Shown here one piece after another: positions 23,304-36,537 of a DNA stretch of 64,000 bases. Made by a program: the position numbers and the translations under genes. The stretch is from Calcarisporiella thermophila CBS 279.70 (lineage: Eukaryota > Fungi > Calcarisporiellomycota). Numbering within the stretch: position 1 is the first letter of the stretch; the number at the start of each line of letters is the position of its first letter. The stretch is from contig NW_027192191.1 in assembly GCF_041956535.1 (NCBI RefSeq), forward strand, positions 241,698 to 305,697, given 5' to 3'. The notes under the pieces were generated by a model, which had not been told where the DNA came from, did not search any database, and saw only the letters and a program-made list of their open reading frames with translations.

Positions 23304-26300
23304 ATGGTTGGACTAACCACATTAACCTCGGCAGGTAAAGTGCTGTACTCTTTCTTGGGATTTGAAAGATCTAGGCATTCGATATTGAGTTGTAATTTTT
23401 AATTCTCAATGTCCTAGCGGGCGTGATTTCGTTGCTTGATGAAGAGGAAAAAGATCTCAAGATATTTGCTCTCGAACAGCTCAACAAGGTGGTAGACCAA
23501 TTTTGGGCTGAGATTTCCGATTCAGTGTCAAAGATGTACGTAACATACCCTCTTTCTTGTTGCTATCTGGAATAGTCGCTTTCTTACTGAAAACTAACTT
23601 CCTCGATTGGTAGTGAGGTGTTATACGAAGATAAGCATTTTTCTCATCGAGAATTGGCTGCCCTTGTGGCTTCCAAAGTGTACTATCATCTCGAGGCATT
23701 TGATGAATCTCTTTCTTTCGCTCTTGGTGCTGGGAAGCTATTCGATCTATCATTAAAAACCGAATATGTTGAGACGATTATTTGTAAATATTCCGTACAG
23801 ATATACCAGTTTGGTTTTCATAACTGATGTTATTTTTTTATTCTTTAGCAAAATGCATCGATAAGTATATTGCTCTGCGAATCCAGCAATACGAAGACCC
23901 AAATTCCGGTGCTACTATCGATCCTCGTTTGCAGCAGGTTGTTGAGCGTATGTTCCAGCGATGTTTAGATGATGGCGAATATAACCAGGTATTTATCAAG
24001 GGCAATTACCACTGGGCTGAAATTTGCTTAACGTAAAATATATCTAGGCTATTGGTATTGCACTTGAGTCACGTCGACTCGATATTGTTGAACGCACAGT
24101 TTTACAAGGAAACGCAAGGGAATTACTACAATACGTACTAGACATAAGTATGACATTAGTCCAGAATCTGGATTTCCGCAACAAGGTAAGGCATTGTTAT
24201 CACCTGAGTTTTTTATCTCCTTTGTTATATATTGTGGTATAAATATCTAGGTTCTTCGTCTTCTGGTCAATCTCTACTCTAATCTTTCCGTTCCCGATTA
24301 CATCTCCATAAGCCAGTGTCTGGTCCATCTAAACGACTCATCTACTTGTGCACAGATGCTGCAAGATCTCGTAAACAAAGGAGACGATGTATGATATCAA
24401 GTATTCATCTGTTATCTTTCTGGCATCTAACCTTTTTTTTTAAAAAAGTCATCGCTACTTATGGCGTACCAAGTCGCATTTGATTTGGAGGAAAACGCGA
24501 GACAAGACTTTTTGCAAAAAATTTCGAATGAGCTTCCCAAGCCTGAGCCCGCACCTGAACCTGCCCCCTCTGCTCCTGCTACCGCTGAGACAAGCAACCA
24601 AGAGGCAATGGAGACGGAAGAAGCTACCTCTGAGCGAAAAGAGCCGGTTTGTATGAAACATGATTACGGCTGTTTCCAATATTGATTATCTGATTCTTCC
24701 ATAGGAGACAAGTAAATCGCCATTTGACAAAATAAGATCGATTCTCTCTGGCGAAGAGTCGATTAAATTGCATCTTGAATTTTTATATCGAAACAACCAT
24801 TCCGATCTTTTGATCTTGAAGAACACAAAGGTATGTACTCTCGATTTTCCGGTGGTAGTGTTATTGTGCCAATACCATAGATTTGCCCTCCCCCCTAGGG
24901 TGCTCTTGATTCTCGTAATTCGGCATATCACTCTGCTCTCACTTTCGCAAACGCATTCATGCACTCTGGTACGACAAGTGACGAATTCCTGCGACAGAAC
25001 CTTGAATGGCTCTCACGCGCAACTAATTGGTCAAAGTTTAGCGCTACGGCTGCGCTTGGTGTCATACACAAAGTACATTTATCCTACTGGGATTCTTACT
25101 ATTTTTTTTTTTTACCAATATTTTTCATCCTATAGGGACAACTTTCTCAAGGATTGTCACTGCTACAGCCTTATCTTCCTCAAGATGGCGTAAGCGGTAG
25201 CCCATACTCCGAAGGTGGCGCGCTTTATGCGCTCGGTCTTATTAATGCAAATCATGGCCATGGTGTATTGAATTATTTGCTTACTGCTCTGCGTAATACT
25301 CAAACTGAGGTTGTGCAGCATGGTGCATGTCTTGGTTTGGGAGTCGCTGGAATGGCAACAGAAAACGAAGAGATTTATGAAGAGCTAAAGACGGTTCTTT
25401 TCGGCGACAGCGCAATTGCAGGTGAGGCGGCTGGCTACTCAATGGGCTTGGTAATGATTGGGTCGGCATCTACAAAAGCCATCGACGAGATGCTGCAGTA
25501 TGCACATGAAACGCAGCACGAGAAGATCATTCGAGGTCTTGCCATGGGAATGGCGCTTGTAATGTATGGTCGAGAGGAGCAGGCCGACACGTTGATTGAG
25601 CAGCTCTGCCGAGACAAGGATCCAATTTTGCGCTATGGAGGAATTTATACAGTAGCCATGGCGTATGCGGGCACAGGAAATAATAAGGCCATTAGACGCC
25701 TGTTGCATGTTGCAGTGAGTGATGTGAATGACGACGTGCGTCGTGCGGCTGTTACTTCGCTTGGATTCATTTTGTTCCGAGTGCCAAACCAAGTTCCGCG
25801 GATAGTGCAACTTCTTGCTGAAAGCTATAACCCCCATGTGCGATATGGAGCGACGCTAGCTCTGGGAATTGCTTGTGCGGGAACTGGCCTGGTGGTGAGT
25901 TGTTTTAGTTTGCACAGGTTAATGATACTTTGATTCACCTCTGCCTGCCATCAGGACGCGATTGAGCTTCTCGAGCCCATGACCAAAGACACCACAGACT
26001 TCGTGCGACAGGGTGCTCTTATTGCCCTCGCGATGGTCCTCATCCAGCAAACAGAAGCCACCAACCCCAAGGTTGCCTCCGTGCGCAAACTCTACGAGAA
26101 AATTATCAGCGATAAACACGAGGATCCAATGGCCAAGTTTGGTGCGGTGCTAAGTCAAGGCGTTATCGATGCTGGAGGTCGCAATGTGACGATTTCTTTG
26201 CAGTCAAGACTCGGCCACGCTAACATGTCGGCGATTGTTGGGATGACTATTTTCACACAGTTTTGGTATTGGTATCCGCTGATGCACTTTTTGTCGCTTG

Positions 26301-26986
26301 CTTTCACCCCAACTGCAATAATTGGGCTGAACAAAGATTTGAAGGTTTGCTTCATTTGCATATTAATTCTAACGGAGCAGAGGGTGATAACTTAATTTTT
26401 TCTAAAGGTACCCAAATTTGAGATTGTCTCAAATGTAAGACCCTCGTTGTTTGCCTATCCAGCGCCCACAAAGCCACCAACCGCCAATGTAGTGGAGAAA
26501 GTGGCCACCGCAGTTCTGTCGACAACGGTGAAAACTCGTGCCAGAGCAAAGCGTTCCGAGAAAGAGAAGGAAAAGGCAGAGGCCGAGCCTATGGAAACGG
26601 ATGAAAAGAAGGAGACGTCGGAGAAAGCCGACACAAAGGCAGAGGATTCCCAAGAGAACCAGGCTGAAGACTCCGGAAAATCCTCCTCTACCGATAAGAA
26701 AGGCAAAAACAAGAAGGCTAAGGAAGAGCCTACCTCAGAGACCCTCCCCAACATGGCTCGGGTAGTTCCTGCCCAGCTCAAATATATCGTGTTCCCCGAG
26801 GATGCCCGCTATGTACCCGTGAAGCAAACAAGCAATCTCGGGGGAATCTTGATGATGCTGGATCGTAAACCAGGCGAGGCAGAGGATTTGATCCAGCCAA
26901 GTGCACCCACTGCAACAGCGCCAAGTGCAGTCCAGGAAGAGGAAGCACCCCCTCCGGAACCTTTCGAATATCCATTTGACGATTAA
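23304..26986 (+). CDS. RPN2: 26S proteasome regulatory subunit Rpn2 (PSMD1)
   Basis: Motifs 'LTSA|AGVISLL', 'FWAEISD', '[15 protein letters not shown]', PC repeats and '[11 protein letters not shown]', ending '[12 protein letters not shown]'. About 11 introns. Confidence 0.97.
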
Positions 26987-27597
26987 GGGCGAATCACATT
27001 ACTTTATGAATATGCTTCTATCCAATTTAGACGTCTCATATTATTTCTCTCCCGTCGTATGACAACCTCCCTTTCCTATACTCTTATGTTCAATTTCTTT
27101 TTTATTTTCCTATGATTATTAGGTAAATTGTGATCTGGGAATTGTTTTTTTTTTGGGAAAATATATAAAGCAGCGAGACTTCAATATAAATATTTTAAAT
27201 TATTTAGTCTCTTTCGATGCTATCAATGTCAGAATCGGAATAGAATATCTAGAGGATAGCTGAGAGATTACTAGTTTATTCAACAAGGAAATGATCTTTT
27301 TCTCCAAAAAGTCTTGATCCTCGCTCATACTCGTTAGTAGAAATCAAAAGGAGACCACGGGGATTTGTGCTTTAAGTTGATATCTCAAAGCAGTGTTTTG
27401 CAAAGGCCATCGGCCATTGACAGCTATGAGAAATTGATGTCACGATAACTTCTATTTTTTTTTTAGAAAAAAATAAAAGGGAATCATCCATCTGCTTATT
27501 TACATTGTATATGTATTAAAAACTAGGAAGCGAAGAAAATAAGGAAAGAAAAAAATACAAATATAAAAATAAAAAGAAACGCAAAAAATAAAATTAA

Positions 27598-30001
27598 CTA
27601 AACATCCTCGTTGTACTCGTCATATGCGTCGCCATATTCATCGTAGTCGTCATATCCTCCATCGCCTTCCGCAACATATTCTTCCTCTACTTCCTCCTCC
27701 CCTTCTTCTTCAATAACATCCTCCTCTTCACCCTTCTTCGCGCTACTTGATGCGGCCTGTGTAGACCTCTGTGTTCCATAGGCGGAATCAGCCTGGCTTG
27801 ACTTCCCGCCCTTCCCTAACAAACTATCCAGCCCATCTTTATCAAAGAGGGAGTCCACAATGGCATGGTTAATCTTTTTAGAGATCCGCTTTTGTACGAA
27901 GAGATGTCTCGTCGCTTCGGCTGGAGTGGCCGCTCCTCCCGCGGTCACGTTCATCCCACCCGCTTGCTTCCTCTTCTTGCGTGGAGGCTTCTTGATACCC
28001 ATGGCAAGATCGCGTGCCTCACGGAGTTGCTTCTCTTCCTGCTCGCGAAGGTAGTCTTTGTTCAGCTCGGTCCACACTTGCGTCTTAAGGCGCACTTCGT
28101 TATCGTCGAGAATCGCGTCCGAGACTTCCCAATCATCGACATCGTCCCAGTTTGCAACATCTGGGTCGAGCTCTTGCGCTTTAGACTCCTTGCTATCCTG
28201 CTGCGTGGACTTCAGCTGTTGCATTTCCAGCTCGTGCTGGGTTTTCATCTCAGCTGTTGTTTGGAGTAGGTGAGTTAAAAACAGGGAAACAAAAATAACG
28301 CCATAACCTAAACTGACCTTTCATTTGTTCCTCTAGATCCTGCAATTTTTTATTCCCCAGTATCTCATGTACTTCCTTCTCTAATTCTTTCTCTACGGCT
28401 TCCTCTGCTTCTTTCGCCTCTTTCTCCTCCTCTTCGGCCGAGTCTTTTTCAACTTTCAACTTTTCAATTTTCACCACCCCATTTTCTCTCTCTTCTTCTT
28501 CCCTCTCTTCTTCTTCTTCTTCTTCTTCTTCTTCTTTTCCACCCTCTGACTCCTTCTCCTCTGGCTCTCCATTCTCCGGCTCTCCATCCTCTGGCTCTCC
28601 ATCCTCTGCTTCGCCATCTTTACTCGCATTGCTCTCACTCTCCTCATCGTCTTCCTCTAATTCGTATACTCCCTCATCCTCCTCTTCCTCTTCCTCTTCG
28701 TCCTCCTCTTCAATTGCGGATTGTCTCTTTCCTTTCGCCTTTCGAGTGGCTTCCCGCACTTGTTGTACAGAGAGCTTGCTTCCACGTCGTTGTTGTACAT
28801 TCAGCTCGGTTGCTTGCGCCTTCCTTGCCCGTTGAAAAGCGGGCGGATCGCACTCATCTTCCAACCACACACTTTGGAAATCTCTTACGGTTAATTTGCT
28901 TGAGGGAGTTTTCTTGAATTCGTTCAATCGTCGACGAAGAGTAATCTCTGCAATTTTGACCACATGGATAATCTCCTGTTCGGTCCGACGAAACCCATTC
29001 ATACGAGAGGCAATCAAAAGACATGCACCGCAGATACCCGACGGGCGCCGTCCCGTTTGAATCCAATCTCGGTCCATGCGTTGCACGAGACGAAGTGCGT
29101 CTTGAGCAACCTTGTGTGTATGATCGCCAAACTCAAGCATGGAGGCAAACCGTGAGATGTAGAGAGAGGGGTCAACAAGAGGGAGATTCAAGTGAAGCAC
29201 TTTGATAAAACGGAGAAAAGTGGACCCGAGTTTAAAAACGTTTATCTAAATAGAAATTGCGAAAGGCAAGTTCAATCAAGAATGGTTTGACACTTTGTCA
29301 GTAAGAGAAAGCACAGGAGCATAAGATCTACCCTCAATATATCGGAAAAATCGATCAGCATATGGCTCGATTTCTCCATGCGGCACACAGTATACAGACA
29401 CACCGCGATTACATTTTGCATGCGACGGCCTTTTGTAAAATTATTGGAAACAGCGAGATTGAAGTACCGCTGCGCCGATTCCTGATAGCGTTCTGGAAGG
29501 CGCAACGCTGTAGCGAGTTCGACGATGCGGCGACGACCTAAAAGATTTTCAAAATTAACCCAAGAAAAATTCTTTTTTATCCAAGGCCCTTACCAGCTTC
29601 CATCGTGGCTTCTCTGGACTCCATCCCAGTACCACCCCGGCGAAAGTTTCCGGTCGAGCCAATCCTCCCTTGAAAGATTTCACACTTTAGTTACCATTTT
29701 CTGCCAAATTCAACGCACTAACATAACAATACCTTTATCTGCAGCGACAAAGGATCCTTGCAATATCGCCTGCCCGCTTGATGTCTCTCCAAATGTAACC
29801 TCGGCAACAATGGTATTTTCTTCCAATACCTATCAAATGCATCCATAATCACCATTGTTTAGTAAGTTTGCCACCCAATAAACAGAGGAAAAAGATGATG
29901 GATTAGAGCCGTACCGTTCCACACCGACTACAGAAGGCATTACCGGCAGCCCCATCCATTTCGATGGTGGGCATGCCACCTGGACATTGACATTGTGACA
30001 T
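27598..30001 (-). CDS. BRF1: TFIIIB subunit Brf1
   Basis: N-terminal Zn ribbon 'CSRCGT|VLEENTIVAEVTFGE', cyclin folds 'WIQTGRRPSGICGACLL' and C-terminal 'SKKINH'. Confidence 0.93.
28508..28618. repeat. (TTC)9 microsatellite plus four 15-nt tandem units encoding the acidic Brf1 linker (E-tract; DGEAE/DGEPE/NGEPE)
   Basis: TTC run at 28508-28534; units ctctggctctccat(t/c) at 28559-28618. Confidence 0.8.
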
Positions 30002-30280
30002 TGAATGAAAAATCAGTAATGGTTGAGATCCTTGAGTGCAACGAAACTAAAAAATATCGAATATAATGCAACAGTATAAAAGACCAACTTCTGTTTACTC
30101 AAAATTTTTTTTATCAGGTTGCAGTGACTCAATTGCAGAAGCGTCAAAAACGAGTGGAGAAGAGCTCGAGTTCGAAACTCTCAAATTGAAATTTAAAAAA
30201 AAAAATAAAATCATACAAATAATAATTGCACGACCTATGTTTATATCGCTTTAATATAATATTTGAAATTGTAAAATCTT

Positions 30281-32482
30281 ATGTCAACACGATCCTTTGT
30301 GAATTTTTGCTGTCGATCGTGTTATCCCCGGTACCCGCCTCGGCCCACAAGAACATCCTATTTTCCTCTTTATCTTTCCAAAAGCAACACCTCCACCCTT
30401 TCTTCGACATCAAAATCTCAAGCACTTGCCCTCGCACCCGCCCATTCCAAACCAAGTCGATCTGTGCGACATGCCTGGACTCCTAATGAGGACGAGCTTA
30501 TCCGTCAATTTGTGGCTACACATGGCCCGAAATGGGCTCGTCTTCACCGCGAGCTTCTCCCTCATCGCAATCCTAATTCGATCCTAACGAGATGGTATGA
30601 AGTGTTGGATCCCTCCCTTAAACGTGGCCCTATTACTCGCACAGAGGCAGAAAAACTTCGGGCAGGCGTCGAGAAATATGGGAATCAGTGGGCTCTCATC
30701 ACGAGGGAGCTCCCTGGCCGTACATCCAAATGGTGTGCCAACATGTGGAAATATGTCATTGATCCCAATGTGTCCAAGCGTCAGCCATGGTCTGAGAAGG
30801 AGGACGAAATTTTATTAGAGGGTGTGAAAAAGTATGGGAGAAAATGGGTTGAAATTGTGAAACTCCTGCCAGGGAGAACACAGCTGCAGGCGAAGACTCG
30901 GTACGACCAGGTATTGCGGGTGAATAGAACGCCATGGACACCGGAAGAGCGGGATATACTGCTGCGACGTGTGCTCATGTACGGCCCACGGTGGGATATC
31001 GTCGCAGAAGGACTGGAGGGGAGAACCGCGCCACAGTGTAAGACTTATTGGGAGGTTTCCGTAGATCCTACGCTGTTACGAAACAGTAGCAATCCGCAGA
31101 AAATTGAAGGTGGAGAGGCTGTGGCCGCCCCGGAGCCGGACCTGGGCGAAGAGGACGAAGATCAATTGGATGTAGAAGGAGGAGGGTCGCAGATGGATGG
31201 TCCGCTGGAAGGACAAGAAGCACCGGATTCAGAACGTTCGACGGGGTACAATTGGACGTTGCAGGAGGAGCTTCTTTTTTGGGACCAAGTCAAAAAGCAT
31301 GGTCCACAGTGGACCAAGGTTGCCCTTGCTCTCCCTGGTCGCTCACGCATCGACTGTTTTTACAAGTACCGCAATACGGCGGAGCGTATGCTGGGCAATG
31401 TGCCTCGCGATGGTCCGACTCAAGCTTACTCCGAAAAGCAGGCCATTGAGCTCGCCAATATGATGTCTGAATTGCTGAGAAAGTGTCTGAACGCTGAGAA
31501 GAGCGACGACGCCGACCCCCAGGACTCGTTGGTGAATCTTCTTTCTCTCCGGAAAATTGGTCGTTGGACGGAGGAGGAGTCACGCCGACTCATGAAGGCT
31601 GTAGCGGCTGAGTTGGAAATGAAGGATAATAAGAGCAACTCTATCGACTGGATGAAAGTATCCATGAGCATACCCGGGCGAAGTCCACTACAATGTCGCC
31701 TGCGGTATCAGTATATGCAAATCAAAGAGCGGGAGACGAATGCGCCGTGGACCGCTGATGATGATGCTGCGTTACTAAATGCTGTCGAGACCTATGGCAG
31801 ACGGTGGACGCGGATCGCCACAGCACTCTCCCGCACTGCTACCCAGTGTGCAAACCGATATTCGGCACTGAAACGCGACGCTCGGGGGGGACACCTATCG
31901 GAGGAGGAGAAAGAGCGCCTGAGCCTGCTAGTAGATATTCATGGCACGGACTGGATAACCGTTGCAAAGCATCTGCCCGGCCGAACCCCCGCACAGTGCA
32001 GCTACACTTGGAATAACTGGGTCCGACCGGGAATACGGAATGGGCCATGGACGCCTGCGGAGGACGAGCAGCTTCGACTCGCGGTGGAGCAATTGGGTAC
32101 TCGGGCGTGGAGCCAGGTTGCTCTGCTGATGCCGGGCCGAAACCGATACCAGTGTCGCCAGCGCTGGGAGGAGTCCCTAGCTCCGGGGATCAAAAAGGGG
32201 CCCTGGACGAACGAGGAAGAGATGCGTTTGATCGAAGCGGTTGTGAAGCACGGGATGAAGTGGCAGCGGATTCGCGAGGAGGTCCCAGGGCGGTCGGCCC
32301 GCATGTGTCGATGGAAGTACATGATGATCATGAAGCTGAAAAACTCGTCGGACAATAAAGACTCGGCAATCGGAGAAGGAAAGGGACTGAGTCGGCTACT
32401 CTTGGAGGCGGCTTGGCGAGCCGACGAGAAAAGTATGGCGGATTCAGAAACTCCTACTCTGAAGGAGGAACGATTCGATTAG
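30281..32482 (+). CDS. Intronless multi-Myb protein with 10 Myb/SANT repeats and a basic, acid-free N-terminus
   Basis: Ten units of the W-T/S-x-E-E-D...G..W..IA..LPGRT..QC..R-W/Y pattern in a 733-aa ORF. Confidence 0.88.
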   Translation: MSTRSFVNFCCRSCYPRYPPRPTRTSYFPLYLSKSNTSTLSSTSKSQALALAPAHSKPSRSVRHAWTPNEDELIRQFVATHGPKWARLHRELLPHRNPNSILTRWYEVLDPSLKRGPITRTEAEKLRAGVEKYGNQWALITRELPGRTSKWCANMWKYVIDPNVSKRQPWSEKEDEILLEGVKKYGRKWVEIVKLLPGRTQLQAKTRYDQVLRVNRTPWTPEERDILLRRVLMYGPRWDIVAEGLEGRTAPQCKTYWEVSVDPTLLRNSSNPQKIEGGEAVAAPEPDLGEEDEDQLDVEGGGSQMDGPLEGQEAPDSERSTGYNWTLQEELLFWDQVKKHGPQWTKVALALPGRSRIDCFYKYRNTAERMLGNVPRDGPTQAYSEKQAIELANMMSELLRKCLNAEKSDDADPQDSLVNLLSLRKIGRWTEEESRRLMKAVAAELEMKDNKSNSIDWMKVSMSIPGRSPLQCRLRYQYMQIKERETNAPWTADDDAALLNAVETYGRRWTRIATALSRTATQCANRYSALKRDARGGHLSEEEKERLSLLVDIHGTDWITVAKHLPGRTPAQCSYTWNNWVRPGIRNGPWTPAEDEQLRLAVEQLGTRAWSQVALLMPGRNRYQCRQRWEESLAPGIKKGPWTNEEEMRLIEAVVKHGMKWQRIREEVPGRSARMCRWKYMMIMKLKNSSDNKDSAIGEGKGLSRLLLEAAWRADEKSMADSETPTLKEERFD

Positions 32483-32800
32483 GGTTGGCGACTTGTTTTC
32501 AGATATACTTGGGCTTTCTCAACTTGGATTCCTCGATCACTTCGCTTGTTCTCTCCCCTCCTCTTGTACTTTTTCTCCTTGGTTGCATTTAGCTAACTCT
32601 AATCTGACATTTTTGACGAGGATTATAAATTAACCGACTCCAGGATATCAGTAAACCTTAGCAAATTAAGTTTATGGATTTTTCTTCTTCTACATTATCC
32701 CTACACCCTTATTAATAGCCGTTGCAAACTCAAAACCATACAACTCATTCTTCCATTCCTTCTCTTCTCTCCGTGTCCCCCTTCAATTAATCACCAAGCC

Positions 32801-35007
32801 ATGCTTCGATCTCTAGGGCTTTCTCGCGCCCGCCCCAAAGAAGAGCATCTTGTCGAGGAATCTGTAATTAGAAATTGGCTGGCGGACACTCACAAAGGTG
32901 TGAATCACCTCTTCAATGACGAGTTTGCCGCAGCCGAACAGGTCTTTTCGAGCAATCCGCTCTCCCCATTCCACGCCATCGGCGTGGCCCTTATTTCATG
33001 GATGAGCGCTATGCTTGGATTCGAAGAGCAGGCGCAGGCAGAAGCGTTGAAGAAGTTGGAACATGCTGAAACGACGGCTCGGAAATTCAAGGAATCCGTG
33101 CAAGCTGCCAGCAAGGAAAGGAAAGGGGATAGCGGAAATGGCAGCAGAAGATCTCCTCATGGGATGGAATTTGAAATTATTGAAGCGGACAACATTTTGA
33201 TGAGTGCCCTGGTCAGCTTTGTAAGAGTGAGTAGGATTTCTCTGGCTTACTAATTTTTTAAATGGAGAATTGATGGCACGTTCACTTCCCCTTAGGAATC
33301 CTTGACGGAATATCTTCGTGCTGCCTATCGGTAAACCCCTGCTCACTAATGGGATGCTCGACTCGAGCTTTAGACTAACATGGATTGAATTTGGTTTTAT
33401 CAGAATTCGAAAATCCTACAACATGTACTCTGCTATGCACAAAATTCTTCTTCAGCACAACGTGGTAGCTCATCACACGAGCTCCAATTCCAATCCCAAT
33501 TTAACTGGGTCTTCTAATGTGAAATTCAATGGCTACACCCTCCCCTCGAGTTCTTCCTCCTCCTCTTCCTCATTTTTCTCCACCTCCACCCAGAGTGCCA
33601 CCACTACACCCGAGTCGGACGGAGAGTCGTTCTATGATGCAGCGACCACTAGCTCGGCCCCCGTAACCCGCTCGGGGAGGGACACAGATGACCGTGGGAC
33701 AACGGCTACTATGGGGGAGGGAAACATTATAGATTCGAACGTGATCGATGGGGTTAGTTTTGGCGTGGGGCTTTTCTCTTTGTTGTTTTCAATATTGCCT
33801 GAGAAGGGTAAGCCTCTCTGCCTCTCTCTCCTTTGCCCAACAAAGGACGAGCTTCTGATAACAGCAAACCGGTTCTCCTACTGATGGATGCTCTTCAGTG
33901 CATAGAATCCTTAGCACCTTTGGATTTAATGGGGATCGTGAAACCGGCTTATCTCAACTGCACAGCGTTTCCCGATCCGATGGCATTCACTCTCCGCTTG
34001 CATCTCTCATCCTTCTCACCTATTATACCGCGATAGCGGCCTTTTCAAGTTACCTCCCTCGTGGGATCCGGTTCGAGGACTGCGAGAGTATACTGCGAAC
34101 GGTCAAAGCTCGGTATCCGAACGGTCGCCTCTGGATGCTGATGGAGGGCAAAGAGCTACGGCTCAAGCGAAACATTCCAGGAGCGCTGGCCGTCTTCGAG
34201 GGGGCGATGCAGAGAAAAAACGAGAAGGAGGTGGGGAAGCTGCAGCAACTGGATGCTCTTTTTTACTATGAGATTGGGTGGTGCCAGATCCTCTCGGGCG
34301 AGTATGCTAAAGCGGCTGCGGCGTTCGAGACACTGTCACAGAAGAACAAGTGGTCTGCGGTATTCTACCAGTTTATCATCGCCCTTTGCTATCTTGAAGC
34401 CGGCGATGCCGCTCGAGCTGCCGAGTATCTGAACAGCATCCCAACCGCGAAGAGCAAGCGGTTTGGCGGCAGACCGATACCTGCGGAGCAGTATGTGCAG
34501 CGAAAGCTGAAGTATTACACCGCCAAAGCGCAGGAGCTCCGCCCGGCCGAACCCGCTCTCACGGAGGACACGCTACGGAGCGTCGTCACCATCTCCCCTT
34601 TGCTCGAGCTCTCATACTTTAACAACGGATTCTCCCACATGTCCGATGAATTGCTCACACGGCATCGCACTGCACTTGAGAGCACGCAAGAGGAGGGTAC
34701 ACCCGATGATGTTGCGGTGCGCCATCTCCTGCTCGCCTCCATCTACCGATGCCAAAAGGCCTACGATGACGCCAGTCGTCATCTCGATCAACTGATGCAG
34801 ATGGATGCCTTGGTGGTGGGAGATCGATACGTGTTTCCCAATGCCGCCTACGAGCTTGCGGTGATCGCGCTTGAGAGGGGCGAACGGGAAGAGGCGACAG
34901 CACTGCTGCAAAAGGTTCTTGACTCAGGCGCATGGGGGGAGTATGATTTCGAGAGTCGCAATGGCCTGAGGACGAAAATGGCACTTGAGCGCCTGATAGA
35001 GGGCTAG
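32801..35007 (+). CDS. Iml2/TTC39 family TPR protein
   Basis: Motifs 'AMLGFE', 'ESLTEYLRAAYR|IRKSY', 'GVSFGVGLFSLLFSILP', 'FGFNGDRETGL', 'NKWSAVFY' and 'YDFESR'. Three introns. Confidence 0.85.
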
Positions 35008-35757
35008 GACATTTTTGGGAGGCGACCTTCTATATTTTTTCGTTATTAAAAGTTGAATCGGCCAAATGGCATTATGTAAACACGGCAATAATTTAATTCC
35101 ACCGTTATGAAAGAGAGAATCCAAGCGGCTTTTGGTCTGAAATCATGCAGGTTCCAATTGATTTCCAAAAGCCAGAAACATTTGACATTTTCACGTGGGC
35201 CATTATGCTGCGGAGAAGTGTCAAAAGCAGTTGATTAAGGAAAATCCCTGAAGTTCTGTGAGGTGATCCCCTGGGAAGATGGCGCCAGTGACTCAGTCGG
35301 GACGGGACGAGGACGGCGCCGCGTGTGGGCTGAGGGGGAGGGGGCCAGCCGGCCCTGCTCATCAGGGAAAGCTTGAGCGGGGGCCATTTTCGTGATAAAC
35401 AATCCGGCAACAAGCCATCGATGTGTTGTCGAATAAGCGGCATGCGGTGGTTGGAATGGGCCGTATTTCTCAGATTTTCAGGTGCTTTGCTCTCACCTCT
35501 TTAAATGCACGTGCGTTTGCGGTCTCCACATGCAATTTCTCAATGCTAAAACATCCAGTTGATAAATTGCGTTGCCCCGATTAGCTTTTTCGGTCTCGGA
35601 ACATATAAATCTATTCCCAAAAAAACATTACTTAAGCGTTGCCAGCTTCTCTTCTGACCGCTTTTCATTGTTTTATTTCGACCCCTTCTTCTTGCCTCTA
35701 GTCGCCTTATTCTCCTCTTTGTTGTTCCCCAATACCACTCCTCCTCTGTCACAAAGC

Positions 35758-36537
35758 ATGGTTAAAGAAGCCGTATTCGGCCTGCTCAACCTCTCATCCC
35801 CAAACAGCGTCTCCTCATCCCCGGACTCTCGCCATTCCCGGCCAACCCCCACCGCCAGGGACCGGCCGTACCAGTGCCCCATTTGCCCAAAGGCATTCAT
35901 CAGGCTTGAGCACAAGACCCGCCATTTGCGCACCCATACCGGAGAGAAGCCCCATGCCTGCACCTTCCCCGGATGCTTGAAGCGGTTTTCGCGCAGTGAT
36001 GAGCTGGTGCGGCATCTCAAAATCCACGCCCCGGACAATCGCAGACAGCAGCTGCGAGAAACCAGGGAGAAGGAGCTAAGGAGGGCGAGGGCGCGGGCGC
36101 GCGCCCTCGATTGCCCGCACTGCGGACGAGTCTTCTTGCGGGAAGGCCACTTGACCCGGCACATCCACAAGCATCAGGCCGAACAGCACCAGCAGCTGCC
36201 CACCCCCGAGATATCCCCACGCATGCACTCTTCACTGATCGACTTCTCTGCAGAGGAGTCCGAGCACAGCGCTCCGGCCTCCCCTTCCAATTCCCCCTCC
36301 ACCTCGCTCTACCCGGACTTCAGCCCCTCCACACCGACAAATCCGTGGAGCGGCAACCTCATCGATATCATGAACGATTCGGAGCCCTCGTCTCGGCTCC
36401 TCCCGCTGCCCCCCATCGCCTCTATCTCGAGCCATCAGGGCTCCTTCCCGCCCTGGTATACAAGGGCCCAGAACAGCTCGAGTTCGGGCCCAGGGTGTGT
36501 ATTGCCACCCATCAGCGCCCTCCTCTGCATGCAGTAA
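35758..36537 (+). CDS. creA: CreA/Mig1-like C2H2 carbon catabolite repressor with an extra third finger
   Basis: '[55 protein letters not shown]' and a C-terminal LPPIS motif. TATA at about 35604. Confidence 0.8.
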   Translation: MVKEAVFGLLNLSSPNSVSSSPDSRHSRPTPTARDRPYQCPICPKAFIRLEHKTRHLRTHTGEKPHACTFPGCLKRFSRSDELVRHLKIHAPDNRRQQLRETREKELRRARARARALDCPHCGRVFLREGHLTRHIHKHQAEQHQQLPTPEISPRMHSSLIDFSAEESEHSAPASPSNSPSTSLYPDFSPSTPTNPWSGNLIDIMNDSEPSSRLLPLPPIASISSHQGSFPPWYTRAQNSSSSGPGCVLPPISALLCMQ

